Shown here: in pieces, positions 1-11,835 of the stretch
Numbering within the stretch: the stretch's first letter is position 1
Layout: each line of letters starts with the position of its first letter
Assembly (NCBI RefSeq): GCF_001194135.2
Contig: NC_068997.1
Coordinates: 4,338,461 to 4,382,679, forward strand
Direction: 5' to 3'
Length of the DNA stretch: 44,219 nucleotides
From: Octopus bimaculoides
Taxonomy: Eukaryota
Position numbers and translations under genes: made by a program
The notes under the pieces: model-generated
What the model saw: the letters and a program-made list of their open reading frames with translations, nothing else
Database searches by the model: none
Told to the model about the DNA's origin: nothing

Positions 1-59
1 TATATATATATAACTGTATTTATAGAATAGGAGATGGAATCTGTAATAGACTTTATTAG

Positions 60-100
60 GCATAACACATGTTTCAACCCGTTCTGGGTATCTTCAGGTA
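60..100 (-). ncRNA. Degenerate minimal type-I hammerhead-ribozyme-like motif (family H1, copy 1)
   Basis: Minus strand reads tac-CTGAAGA-taccc-agaac-gggtt-GAAAC-atgt-GTT. The core is intact; stems I and II have mismatches. Confidence 0.4.
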
Positions 101-420
101 TATGACGTGTGTGTGTGTGTGTCAAACTTTGCACACACGTCTGTATCTTGCTTTACTTACGAATATATACGGATATTTATCTATGCTATATACGTATATT
201 TATGTATATATACACGCGTGTACCTGCGTATATGAGTTCCTATACATATATATGCATATATTCGTCCATACGTCTGCGTATGCGCGTGTATCTAGTTGTA
301 TGTATATGCATATACTTGTATGTATGTATATACTTGGATGTGTGTGTATGAGTGCGTATGTATATGTGCGAATATATATATATATATGTATCTGCCTATG
401 TATATATGCGTCTAAGCACG
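101..420. repeat. Degenerate (TA)/(TG)/(CA) low-complexity tract
   Basis: Mixed TA, TG and TATG units; accounts for the spurious ORFs at 69-488. Confidence 0.85.
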
Positions 421-672
421 AACACAAAAAAAATTTTCGTCTTAGTATTATCTTCCTTTCAATTTCTACTTCCTTTTCTTTCTCTTAACAGTTACAACAG
501 TGAATGCTCATTACGTCATTATCTCTAAACTAGAATGTATATTTTCCACGTTTATATTTTAATTTTTTGCGTTTCAATAATTTTTCTCTATTTTTACTCG
601 TTCTTGAATTTGATAGATATATAGCGGTACGTATGCCGACTCAAGAAATCTCTAGTCAGACTTTCTATTGAT

Positions 673-714
673 GTACACAAAGAGACCCAAAGTGGGTCGA
701 AACATGTGTTGTAC
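673..714 (+). ncRNA. Degenerate minimal type-I hammerhead-like motif (family H1, copy 2)
   Basis: gtac-[acaaaga]-gaccc-aaagt-gggtc-GAAAC-atgt-GTT-gtac. Stems I and II are perfect; the 7-nt CUGANGA slot is mutated. It is part of a ~63-nt inverted repeat with 32-94. Confidence 0.4.
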
Positions 715-1099
715 CTAATAAAGTCTATTACACATTCCATCTATTTTATTAATACTGTCAGCCCAACCGCCACTACGAAGTTCCTGCAATAAATCTACGG
801 ATAACAACAGGTAATCGAAACTGTGCCGGCGCTCTAATCATCATCTATTTATACAGTTTTGTATAATTTCTCCATTATATATATATATGTATATATCTTC
901 GTTATAAGATCATAAATCGAGAAGAGCATACCCTATAAAATATAGATGAGTTATTTATTTATGTATGTATAAAGTAACAGTTTTAGAAAAACCATTAGTT
1001 TCATATCTAGCGTCAACTAGACATATCTTCAGTTTCTCTTAACGATAACTATTCTCTGCAAAGAATGTTTTTTTTTTTAAACACAAGAACGCCGGTGTT

Positions 1100-1883
1100 A
1101 GTTCAAGAAATATTCCTCTTTAAAAAATGTTGGCCAGGCGAGTTGTCTTCCTTCGCTTGATAGCTAGGGTTTCCAATTTTGAAGTAAAAATTCCCAAAAA
1201 TGTGAACAACTCCCCACAGCTTCCGTCCTGGAGGTTAGGTAGCCTCCTGGCTCATGTGAGTTTCACAGCCACCCAAACCATAACTGACTGTGGATTTTGT
1301 TGTCGGTTTATGAGTCTACCCTCGATGGAGCCAGATACATTCCAAAGGCGCAAGACAAGACGACTTCTCTCCAGTTTCATGGCCTTATAAAGTTGCATGA
1401 TGACGGATCATCTTGTAAGGGTGGGTGCTAAGATCTTCTTTCAGCACTCGATACATCTATGTTCAGTTTCGGTTTGCTGTGACAGCCAGTTTTCTGACGA
1501 AACGACGAGGATTTTGCCGTATCTTTTCTCTGGTACGTTTGATAATAAGACGGGTCCACACACTTCTTGTTCGGCCACGTCCAGAACGATCAGCGATGGA
1601 ACCAGTCTCTTGAAATTTCTTGACAATTTTCCAGACAGTTGTTGGGTTAATTTTAAGCTTTTTTGCTATAGCTGTATCACATTCGCCTCCTTTGTGGAGG
1701 TTTATGATTGTACTTTGATCTATATTCATTATTTAATTTATAAATCTGAATTCATTTAGTCCGAAACAAAAAGAAGACTCACTAGGCTTTTTATAATAAT
1801 GCATAATTCTCGTATCTTATCACATTAATTGATACTTATTAAAGTCCGAAACTTCGGATGCCTTAATTTCAGGACACCCTCTA
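1100..1883 (-). mobile_element. Tc1/mariner-superfamily DNA transposon relic, internally deleted
   Basis: ORF 1463-1729 encodes a transposase-type N-terminal HTH (TAIAKKLKINPTTVWKIVKKFQETGSIADRSGRGR..IRQNPRRFVRKLA). Downstream in broken frames: VLKEDL..PYK and NPQSVMVWVAV. TIR-like tagagggtgtcc at 1883-1872; the partner TIR was not found. Confidence 0.85.
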
Positions 1884-2222
1884 CATATATATGACTGCGT
1901 ATTTTCATAAGATGAAATAAGGGTATATAAGCATTTATCTATGTTATCGATGTATGTTCGTAATTGTCTTGTGCAGGCAGGTGTCCTATATATATATAGA
2001 AGCAAGATTTACATATGTGGGCACATTCGTGATGTGTCGGAGTGTGTGTATGTATACGTGTATAAATGTATGTATTTATCTGTTTCTATTTCTCTCTATC
2101 TCTGTGTGTGTATATATATATATATATATATNNNNNNNNNNNNNNNNNNNNNNNNNNNNNNNNNNNNNNNNNNNNNNNNNNNNNNNNNNNNNNNNNNNAT
2201 ATAGTGAGAATTTACAAAAAAA

Positions 2223-2366
2223 CAGATGTATTAGTTTTACGCTCGGGAAGTGAGAAAGTCTTTTACGTTTCGAGCCTACGCTCTTCGACCGAAAGGAACA
2301 CGGAAATAAGCAGAGAGAGAAAATAGGAAAAGATTTAGTGGCTAGCGATCTATCATGGCGAATGCC
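2223..2366 (-). repeat. Dispersed repeat (probable Penelope-like terminal repeat) with hammerhead-like motif H2 at 2260-2295
   Basis: Clearly similar to 8790-8940. Minus strand: cttt-CGGTCGA-A-GAGC-gtag-GCTC-GAAA-CGT-A-aaag. Confidence 0.6.
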
Positions 2367-2399
2367 GGACAGTAGGGTCATACAGGAGAGCTAGGAAGA

Positions 2400-2940
2400 A
2401 GGGGAGTTAATAATGTAGTGGTGATCCCAAAATTAAGGTGCGCATGCCTGTGTATGTGAGAGCGTGTAGGTTTGTATAGAAGGGGCGGCAATCTTGACGT
2501 GTGCATGTGTAGGTGTGTGGATGATGGTGTGGGTGCTGGGAAGTGGTCAGTGCTAGTGTGTGCGGGATTGTTTGATGTCGTGTGGTGTGGTATGTGCTGT
2601 GGTGGTGTGTGCTGTGGTGGTGTTGTAGCGGTATGTGGTATGGTGGTTTTGGAGGTATGGGGGAGGCGAGAGTGGGGGAAACAAGGGTGGGGTGTAAGGA
2701 ATGGGTTGGGATGGGATGTATAGGGATGGTGGGGCTTGAATATGTGGGGGTTGGGGTAACGAGGGAGGTGTGGTGATGAAGGGAGAGGGTGAAGGGAGAA
2801 GGTGGGTAGGAGTGAAGAGGGGATGTAGGTGTCAGAGCAAGAGAGGAGAGGTGGGTGGGAGGAAGTAGGTGTGAGAGGAAGAGAGGAGAGAGGAGGAGGG
2901 TTAGATGAAGAGGGGAGGAGAGTTGAGCCCATGTGGTGCA
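2400..2940. repeat. G/T- and G/A-rich low-complexity tract
   Basis: Strongly skewed (GTG, GGT, GAG runs); produces P/H/T/S-rich spurious ORFs on the minus strand. Confidence 0.7.
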
Positions 2941-4372
2941 AAGGATACATACACACACACATACATATATATATATATATGTACATACATATGCCCCAGT
3001 ATATGTGTTGGTAAGTGAGTGTGTGTGAGTGCGTGTGCCTCTAACTTGTGTGCTCGTATGCGTTATGAGTAGCACATGTATATGTTCGGAAGCAACATCA
3101 TATATGTGTGTACTCATATATGTATATACGGATTTCCGTGTGCATGTGCGATGTGTACTGGGATGTATATGTATGTGCGAGTATTTGTGTGGATATGCAA
3201 GTCTATATATGATAAGCATATGAGTATTTAGATATTCCAGTGTATGTGTATGTATGTTTGTGCATGTTTGTGTATATCCATACTCAAGTACTATTCCGAT
3301 GTATTGACCTTTACACCAAGCATATCCGTTTCATCTTCAGAAAGATTATGCTACATATGAGCTCCTTACAATCCCATTCACTAAATGTATTGCCTTGTGT
3401 TTATTCCATTAAAGTCAACACAATTGACTGTAGCAATGGTACGCAGTTCAGAAGGTAGTTGCACCTATTTTAGTAAGAAAGTTTGGTGGTGATTCCTCTT
3501 GTATTCCCCAGATGCAAACGGGTAATGTTTCAAGTACGTAATGAATATTAATTTCGATTAATATTAACTATGAAATTAACTATGAAATTAATAAAGAAAA
3601 TTCTCTTTCTGGGACTAATTTAAACTCTGTGTCCATACAACAAGGAGTTAAGTAGGGAAATTCTGAAAAATAAAAACGAAATCTGTCGAACAATAATTAA
3701 GTGATAAAATATGCTTTCCTGTAAAGGTCTAATAAGACTAAAAGTTGATTGTTCGTTTCTCTTATTAACTCTACTGACAAGAACCATACCACTGCGCAAT
3801 GCCTTTATTAAAAAAAATACTCTGAGTTTTCTTGCAGAATCAACTTTGATTCTTGCTTTTGCATATTATAAATGACCCAAGAGGGAAATCTTATCTATCC
3901 ATTGCAATGTTAAAATTTTTGAAAAGTACATTGTCATTATACGCTGAAGAGTATATAGCATGCTATTAATGAAAATAAAAGGTAAACGAAAAACAGGACG
4001 TCAAAACGAAATACAAAAGGGAAAAATAAACAGCCATTCCATGAACTGACTCAACACTTGCAATATATCCATAAATTTTCTAACCACCACAGATGTATAA
4101 TTAATGGATTAGTTAGTAATATTTGACTGGGATCTCCTAACTTTCCGGAAATAAGTAGATATTCCAGAATAATGCTGGCTATTATAATGAAGCATTTAGA
4201 TGTAATGGTTTTACACATAAAAAAAAAATAATACATATACAACTCGGAATAATTGAACCTCAAATTGTAGAAGTAGAATGAGATTTAAGAATGATTACAC
4301 CATTAACATTAATGGTAACAAGTGTAGTAACCACAGAAATAGTAATAATACTAACTATAATATTAATAATAC

Positions 4373-4413
<41 letters not shown>

Positions 4414-5820
4414 TCAATTTGTTTTCTCAATAGCAGTGAAGTAATTTTTACCGAAAATGGAAACTAGTTCGTTGGTTGAGATCTCACTTTTAGCACTACA
4501 ATATTAAATACGCCGCCAATTTTAACTGAGGAATTTCAGCCAGTCCACTGTTTTCTCAAAGATGAAAATATCAACAACACCACATTGTATTTGACAATAT
4601 ATCATAACATAAGTATTCTCTATTGTGAGAAGAGTGATTTAGTGCTGTTTTCAAGATGGCGTTATGTCTTTCAGATTAAGATGCTATGCAAAACAAAAAA
4701 TACATACATATAAGCAACACACTCAAAAATCTCTGATACCACATTTATCCACTCGTGAAAGAATGTAAATTAGTATAAAATTAACAAAGCCTTCTATGGA
4801 AAACTAATTTTGGTGAACAAAAAGAAGGCAGTGTGAAATATGTTTGGCGAATTTATACAATTGAAAACAGTGGAATATGTGCTTAATTCTTTAAACAATG
4901 TAATTATCTCTAATTCTTCATCAATAGCTAACGTTTTCCTCCCCACACAAAACATAATTAATTGGTATCGTAAATATTACATTGTTGTAAGTTTACGATT
5001 TTTATTAATTAATGTATTATATTTGTTTTGTTTTTGCTTTCATTACGGTTTTTTTCTTTTTCCAAAAGCAGGCATCACCTGAAATAATAGCAATGGACAA
5101 ACTATTCAAAATAACATTTTTAATATTTTTTATGTTGATTTAGAATTGGTTTTATCAAACAACGAAATATTTTAATATTTGTAGAAATGTATTTGTTGTT
5201 TTTGATATTTATTCTATAAAAAAAGTAACAAAAATATCAACAAACAGCGTATTCTATTGGAGTCGTATATTGTGTAAGAGTTTCAATTCTTCATTTGCCA
5301 CAAAAATATTCATAAATAATCAAGAGACAATCCCATCACTGAAACACTGCAACCAATCATTGCAATCATTGTTCTATCATGCAGCTTTATTCAGCAGGCA
5401 ACAGCAATGTTAAATGAAACCGGAGAAATGCTTTTGCTTGTTTGTTTTGCTAAAAATAAAAACAAAATTCCCTATATTCCTCTAAAGCAATACTTATGTG
5501 TGTGTGTGTGTGTGTGTCTCTGTGTGTGTGCGTGCTATCGTGCGTGTGTATGTGTATGTGTCTACGTCTATGTCTGTGCGTATGTCTGTGTGTGCGTACA
5601 CGCGTATGTGTGTGTGTGTCTAGTTAACGAAAAACTGATAGTGACATCTACCGGTTTTCACAAACACTAGCTGTAATAGTAATGGCAAGAATAAAGGCAG
5701 TTAATCGAAGGCGTGACACTCTGCCTTAAGTGTATTTGCTGTACACAACAAATCGTTGACATATTTCCCAGAAGTCTTAATTCATATTCAGTGTCACTAA
5801 GCTCTCCCATATTTCTATCA

Positions 5821-5859
<39 letters not shown>

Positions 5860-5879
5860 ATGCATAGTTGGCTTACCGT

Positions 5880-6520
5880 CAACTCTAAATTCCTGTATAA
5901 GCTGCATAGTTATATACCTTCCGTTTGTATTCTTTTTTTACAGTTTGTTGTGTTTCAGGAGAATGTGATTTTATATTTGAATCCGCTCAATTTTACTGTT
6001 GCATTATAGGAAGATACTGCATTATTGAAACTTTCCATTTGAGACGAAAGATTGAATGCACGTCTACTGATATTATTTATTAGGTTTGTAGACATATAGG
6101 CGGGTAAGAATACTCTTCTATTTGTAACCTTGTGTCTCTTTAGGTTTTCTCCAAGTTTTGTATACGTGTGTATATTTGTGTTGTCTATATCCATGTGTCG
6201 CAATTCTTGTGTGTGCATGTGTGTATTTATATATGTGAGCAAATTCGAATTAATACACCAACTTGAAATCTGTAGTATTTCTAATCCTTTTTCTGCGCTT
6301 TTTCTGTTGTTTGTTGTTAATTTAGCTTCTCCACAAATATACAGAGTGACATACTTGTCATTGTACAATTTGGTATATGGGTGCGTTCCTTTGTTCATTT
6401 TATTTCTATTTTTCCCAATGCCAGTGAAGACACGAATTTCTACAAGCTAAAATCAGACACTAGTCATTTTCGTGTAGAGGGCCGAGTATCGCACACATCT
6501 GCGCCATATAATACCAACAT
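5880..6520 (-). mobile_element. Penelope-like element reverse-transcriptase relic
   Basis: TNLINNISRRAFNLSSQMESFNNAVSSYNATVKLSGFKYKITF (C-terminus of ORF 5955-6398) resembles the PLE RT C-terminal/thumb region, followed by KRKVYNYAAY (cf. RKIIWFNPPY). YGADVCD near 6500 (cf. YDGAEVCE) is weaker. Interrupted by a CA-rich tract. Confidence 0.6.
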
Positions 6521-6849
6521 TTCTGTTATTTCCACGTCCATTAGGAGGCACAGAAATTAGGCTCATAACTCACCGATTGGTTACAATGTTGAGTCATATT
6601 CTAAAATGCAGGCGAAGATTTAGAAATAATGTCTCGGACTTAGCACGTAAGTGTATGGCTTCGACGATAAGGTGGTATATGTAATTGAGATATTACGGCT
6701 ATAATTTAACGCAAAATATGTGCTTGAGTGTTTACATGCTCGAGCATGTGCATATATATGGAAAGATAATTACCGTGTGTAGGGAGTGCATATCTGTTCG
6801 CGTGTTTCTGCGTATAAATGTGATGCGTGTACCTAAATACATAATTTAG

Positions 6850-6883
<34 letters not shown>

Positions 6884-7869
6884 NNNNNNNNNNNNNNNNN
6901 NNNNNNNNNNNNNNNNNNNNNNNNNNNNNNNNNNNNNNNNNNNNNNNNNNNNNNNNNNNNNNNNNNNNNNNNNNNNNNNNNNNNNNNNNNNNNNNNNNNN
7001 NNNNNNNNNNNNNNNNNNNNNNNNNNNNNNNNNNNNNNNNNNNNNNNNNNNNNNNNNNNNNNNNNNNNNNNNNNNNNNNNNNNNNNNNNNNNNNNNNNNN
7101 NNNNNNNNNNNNNNNNNNNNNNNNNNNNNNNNNNNNNNNNNNNNNNNNNNNNNNNNNNNNNNNNNNNNNNNNNNNNNNNNNNNNNNNNNNNNNNNNNNNN
7201 NNNNNNNNNNNNNNNNNNNNNNNNNNNNNNNNNNNNNNNNNNNNNNNNNNNNNNNNNNNNNNNNNNNNNNNNNNNNNNNNNNNNNNNNNNNNNNNNNNNN
7301 NNNNNNNNNNNNNNNNNNNNNNNNNNNNNNNNNNNNNNNNNNNNNNNNNNNNNNNNNNNNNNNNNNNNNNNNNNNNNNNNNNNNNNNNNNNNNNNNNNNN
7401 NNNNNNNNNNNNNNNNNNNNNNNNNNNNNNNNNNNNNNNNNNNNNNNNNNNNNNNNNNNNNNNNNNNNNNNNNNNNNNNNNNNNNNNNNNNNNNNNNNNN
7501 NNNNNNNNNNNNNNNNNNNNNNNNNNNNNNNNNNNNNNNNNNNNNNNNNNNNNNNNNNNNNNNNNNNNNNNNNNNNNNNNNNNNNNNNNNNNNNNNNNNN
7601 NNNNNNNNNNNNNNNNNNNNNNNNNNNNNNNNNNNNNNNNNNNNNNNNNNNNNNNNNNNNNNNNNNNNNNNNNNNNNNNNNNNNNNNNNNNNNNNNNNNN
7701 NNNNNNNNNNNNNNNNNNNNNNNNNNNNNNNNNNNNNNNNNNNNNNNNNNNNNNNNNNNNNNNNNNNNNNNNNNNNNNNNNNNNNNNNNNNNNNNNNNNN
7801 NNNNNNNNNNNNNNNNNNNNNNNNNNNNNNNNNNNNNNNNNNNNNNNNNNNNNNNNNNNNNNNNNNNNN
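6884..7869. other. Largest assembly gap (N-run)
   Basis: Other gaps: 2132-2198, 10128-10276, 13844-13853, 15074-15166, 16151-16406, 18285-18734, 19389-19555, 22613-22622, 26455-26664, 29164-29555, 33397-33586, 41782-42040. Most abut microsatellites. Confidence 0.98.
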
Positions 7870-7926
<57 letters not shown>

Positions 7927-8148
7927 AAAAAAACTAGAGTAGTGTGAAGAAATATGTAGTGATGTGTATGTAATCGGGAATTAAAATATGTAAAGAGATC
8001 AAAGTAGGTTATGCGTGCATATTTAGATGTGTTCTGTATTTTTCGATAAATTTTTTTTTATTTAAACGTTCTTGTAAAGAAATTCTATTATTGCACTGGT
8101 AGAAGGGGAAAACTGTGAAATTCGGTTTGACGTTACCTGCACATTTCT

Positions 8149-8480
8149 CTATGTGTTCACTTTAAAAAATTGTCTGCACCGCGGGATCTGCTCTTTATGT
8201 AGAGTGGTTCTCCCTCTCAATGTTATACTCGTCTGTCCTATATAGTGATGCCCACAACCCGAGCAGGTTATTAAGTAAATTAGGTTCTCAGAGGCACAAG
8301 TGATGTTGGTTTTTATTGTGAACCTCTCACCTTGTTTGAAAAGGAAATCCGAGCCTTCAAATAGGTTGGGGCATGTTCCACAGTTTGGGCGTCCACACAT
8401 TTTAACCGTTGGTTGCATGGTTGTTGTGAAGCCGAAACGATTGTTGTGCTAATAAATGCTTCTAGTTAGGCTCCGTTTTC
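8149..8480 (-). mobile_element. Penelope-like element GIY-YIG endonuclease fragment
   Basis: ORF 8149-8418: CGRPNCGTCP..TCASENLIYLITCSGCGHHYIGQT..LRGRTTLHKEQI, i.e. Cys linker plus the IY..YIG motif; upstream EPN*KHLL resembles the PLE linker. Confidence 0.85.
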
Positions 8481-8564
8481 AATATTAATCACTTAAAATA
8501 TATATACTTATACATTTAAATATACACAAGACGTGCTTCTTTATATATGTATATATATACACAC

Positions 8565-8672
8565 GACGAGGCTATAGCAGGAGGCAATCAACAAAGTTGC
8601 CATTGAGTGGAACCGAACCCGAACCATTTGGTTGACAAGCAAGCTTCTTACCGCAGTAGCACTTCTGCGCCA
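8565..8672 (-). mobile_element. tRNA-derived SINE, family A, 5' head fragment
   Basis: Minus strand ggcgcagaagtgctactgcggtaagaagcttgcttgtcaaccaaatggttcgggttcggttcc matches the head of the copy at 24392. Confidence 0.7.
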
Positions 8673-8789
8673 AATGTGTGTGTGTGTGTGTATGTACATA
8701 CATACATATATACATACATACATACATACATACAAAGGGAGAATTCACAAAAAAACAACAGACGAAGACAGGTGGCGTAGAAAACAGAC

Positions 8790-8940
8790 AGATGTATTAG
8801 TATAACGCTCGGGAATTGAAAAAAATTTTAACGTTTCGAGCCTACGCTCTTCCACAGAAAGGACCACACAAAGAAATATGGAGATAAACAAGGAGAGAGA
8901 AAATATGCGTGTAGTGGTTAGCGATCTATCAAGGCGAATA
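8790..8940 (-). repeat. Second copy of the PLE-like terminal repeat, with hammerhead-like motif H2 at 8826-8861
   Basis: Minus strand: ttt-CTGTGGA-A-GAGC-gtag-GCTC-GAAA-CGT-T-aaa; similar to 2223-2366. Confidence 0.6.
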
Positions 8941-8988
8941 CATACATACATACATACATATATATACATACATGCAAGCATGTATATT

Positions 8989-9065
<77 letters not shown>

Positions 9066-10067
9066 AGATATATGGAAAATTTTATGCATAAGAAAATTTA
9101 AAAGACAAGCTTTAATTGCAAATTACATTTGTTTCCGCACGATACACTACCTTTAAGTTGCTGAGTTTTCATTCATATACCATTAAAACAACTGTTATGC
9201 AATGGTATGTGAATAGAACCTCACCAAGTTAAAGATGATGTCCGGTACAGAAAGAAATCCTATTATTTGCAAAGCCTGTTTTTCTCTCCTTCGTGTTGTC
9301 TTAATTTTTATATTAATTCCATACAATAGTGGAGTTGCACATGTTTATCCAGCTCAGGAAAAACATTTTGCTAGAAGATGGCATACGGTAGCCGATAGCA
9401 GTATAGGAGATTTTAAATGCACATTATGAGGTTATTACCTAGATTATATTAAATATATTTATGGATGTATATAAATATATTTGTATATATGTATATATGG
9501 ATGGATAGGTATTGTAATTATAATTTTAAAATTATTAAGTACGTATAAACTCTAGGATATTGATAAATCAAAAAATAACATTTTATTGTGCAAATATAAA
9601 TTTTTCTTGTCCGCTTAGTATATTTTGTGTATATTGTACACAATCATAAAGTTAGTATTTCTCTCTTTCACAATTTCGTATTTGTCTCTACTGCAGTCAA
9701 TTTCTAATTACTTAATGTAATTTCATTAATTTCGTTCATAAAGTATTTACATTTAATTGATCTCTTGGTTTGTTGGTCTATATCTATGCGTATATTTTCT
9801 TTTTTGGTGCTCATCGATGCCCATATTCAAACAGAATATGACATTGCTGATTGTATATTTGGAATTCTATCATAAAACTAATTATTTTATTTCTCGAAAT
9901 TTAGTTTTGAAGGGATATTTGGTATCGGCTGTTTATTGTTTTTTATAATATTCATCCAAATGATAATTTGTTGTAACTCAAAATCACTCTGCGTAAAATT
10001 TTACTGTATTTTCCATCATTTTTCATAACTGTTTTCTTGCTTTCTTCACGCACCAAATTATATATAC

Positions 10068-10127
<60 letters not shown>

Positions 10128-10384
10128 NNNNNNNNNNNNNNNNNNNNNNNNNNNNNNNNNNNNNNNNNNNNNNNNNNNNNNNNNNNNNNNNNNNNNNNNN
10201 NNNNNNNNNNNNNNNNNNNNNNNNNNNNNNNNNNNNNNNNNNNNNNNNNNNNNNNNNNNNNNNNNNNNNNNNNNNNGTTCCGAAAACGAAAGAACGGAGC
10301 TCCTCATCAGAAATATAGGAAAAGTCCAAAGAAGGGAAGACGGAGAAAGAAAATCGCCAACTATGCAACGCGGTCACATATTGA

Positions 10385-10385
10385 A

Positions 10386-10437
<52 letters not shown>

Positions 10438-10494
10438 GTAGGTAGGTAGGTAGGTAGGTAGGTAGGTAGGTAGGTAGGTAGGTAGGCAGGCAGG

Positions 10495-10537
<43 letters not shown>

Positions 10538-10620
10538 AAAGAGAGAGAGATTGAAAGAGAGAAAGAGAGAGACAGGCAGACAGACAGACAGACAGACAGG
10601 GGAAGAGAGAAAGAGAGCGA
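10385..10620. repeat. Compound microsatellite (GATA)n-(GGTA)n-(GA)n-(GACA)n
   Basis: Seen directly. Other long SSRs include (GATA)n 4374-4412, 30506-30573 and 41051-41115; (TACA)n 16767-16833; (GATG)n ~19764-19812; (TG)n 31182-31274, 38782-38930 and 40240-40322. Confidence 0.95.
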
Positions 10621-11813
10621 GACAAAAGAATTGCCAATGAAAAGAGCATGAACTTATGTAGGAATGAAAATCAGAAGTTTGAGAAAGAAAAGCCCCTTGT
10701 AGAAGCGGATTAAGATAAAATGTTATCTATATATATGTTCAAAGATGGGAAAATGAAGAAACTGTATGAAAAGAAGTGAATCAAGAAACATGATTAGATA
10801 AACATTGGTTGCGATTGAATCCTCTTTCTCACATTTTTCGTGGATTCTGTCACAGTCATTCTGTCTATATTCCCAAAATATATTTTTACGTTTTCTGTTT
10901 TTCTTTTTACTTCTTTCATATGGATTCTTCATTTACGCATCCTTATACATATTTGTAGATAAAATTTTTACCTTAATCTACTTCTTGGGAGAGATCTTCC
11001 TCATCAAATTCCTGACTTCATTTTTGGCATAAGTTTATGCTTTCTTTTTGTTGGTAATGCATTTCTGTGTATATACATAAATGAAAATGTGAAAATGCTT
11101 TCCCAAATTAAATTTCACAGCAATGAAGCTACAGGATGATGCAAAAGCATTCAACTTTGAGTACATTGCATCTTATAGCAGAAACAGTTGTAAGCTAATG
11201 TAGTTCATGATATAAATTCTTACTCTCTTCTGATTTTAATTACTTATTACTGCTCTGTAGTCGACTGATGCGTTGTTCTGAAGCAAATGTATATTGAGTT
11301 CCTAAAACCAGGTTATCAGTATCGCTATGCCCAAGCGAAATAATAAAATTATGCACACACATATATGTAAGTGAATATGAATTATGTTGATTATTTATGT
11401 TACGTACGTTTTCCATGGGTGGATATATTTGTTTTTTAATATACTACATAATGAAACAAAATAAACAGACCATTTCGTCAGACATCACTTCATAATCAAA
11501 ACATTGATCAGCGAGAAATTAATTTATTTCAAAAATCCAAGAAAATGTTTTGCACCCTAACTGAGAGAATAATACAATATAACTGATATAACTGACATCA
11601 TGATAATTCTATAAACTCTGTAGAGAACATGAAGAAGAGAAGTGGGTTGGAGAAGGTTCACACCAAATCTCACCTTAGTACTAGGGTCATGGAATGTGTG
11701 TGGGTGTAGTACAAGTGAAATAGAGAGGAGGAGAGAGAAGGAGAGAGAAGGAGTGTGATAAGGAGGCGAAGGGTGGATGTGCTGGCACTGAGCGAGACTA
11801 AGATGAAAGTAAA

Positions 11814-11835
11814 GGGGTTAGGGTTAGGGTTAGGG
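11814..11835 (+). repeat. GGG(TTAGGG)3 telomere-type / G-quadruplex motif inside the RTE endonuclease region
   Basis: ggggttagggttagggttaggg is seen directly. Confidence 0.8.

Noticed and set aside
2378-2986. 202-aa Pro/His/Thr/Ser-rich ORF as an extensin- or mucin-like gene
   Set aside because: Product of a strand-skewed low-complexity tract, starting in TA repeats; several frames are similarly open.
5880-8480. PLE with the endonuclease upstream of RT (GIY-YIG at 8149-8480 lies 5' of RT at 5880-6520 on the minus strand)
   Set aside because: The pieces are separated by a 1-kb gap and unrelated sequence and differ in decay; two independent insertions are simpler.
9235-9429. 64-aa ORF or exon-like segment at 9331-9388
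   Set aside because: No recognisable motif and only a weak donor (GTAGCC).
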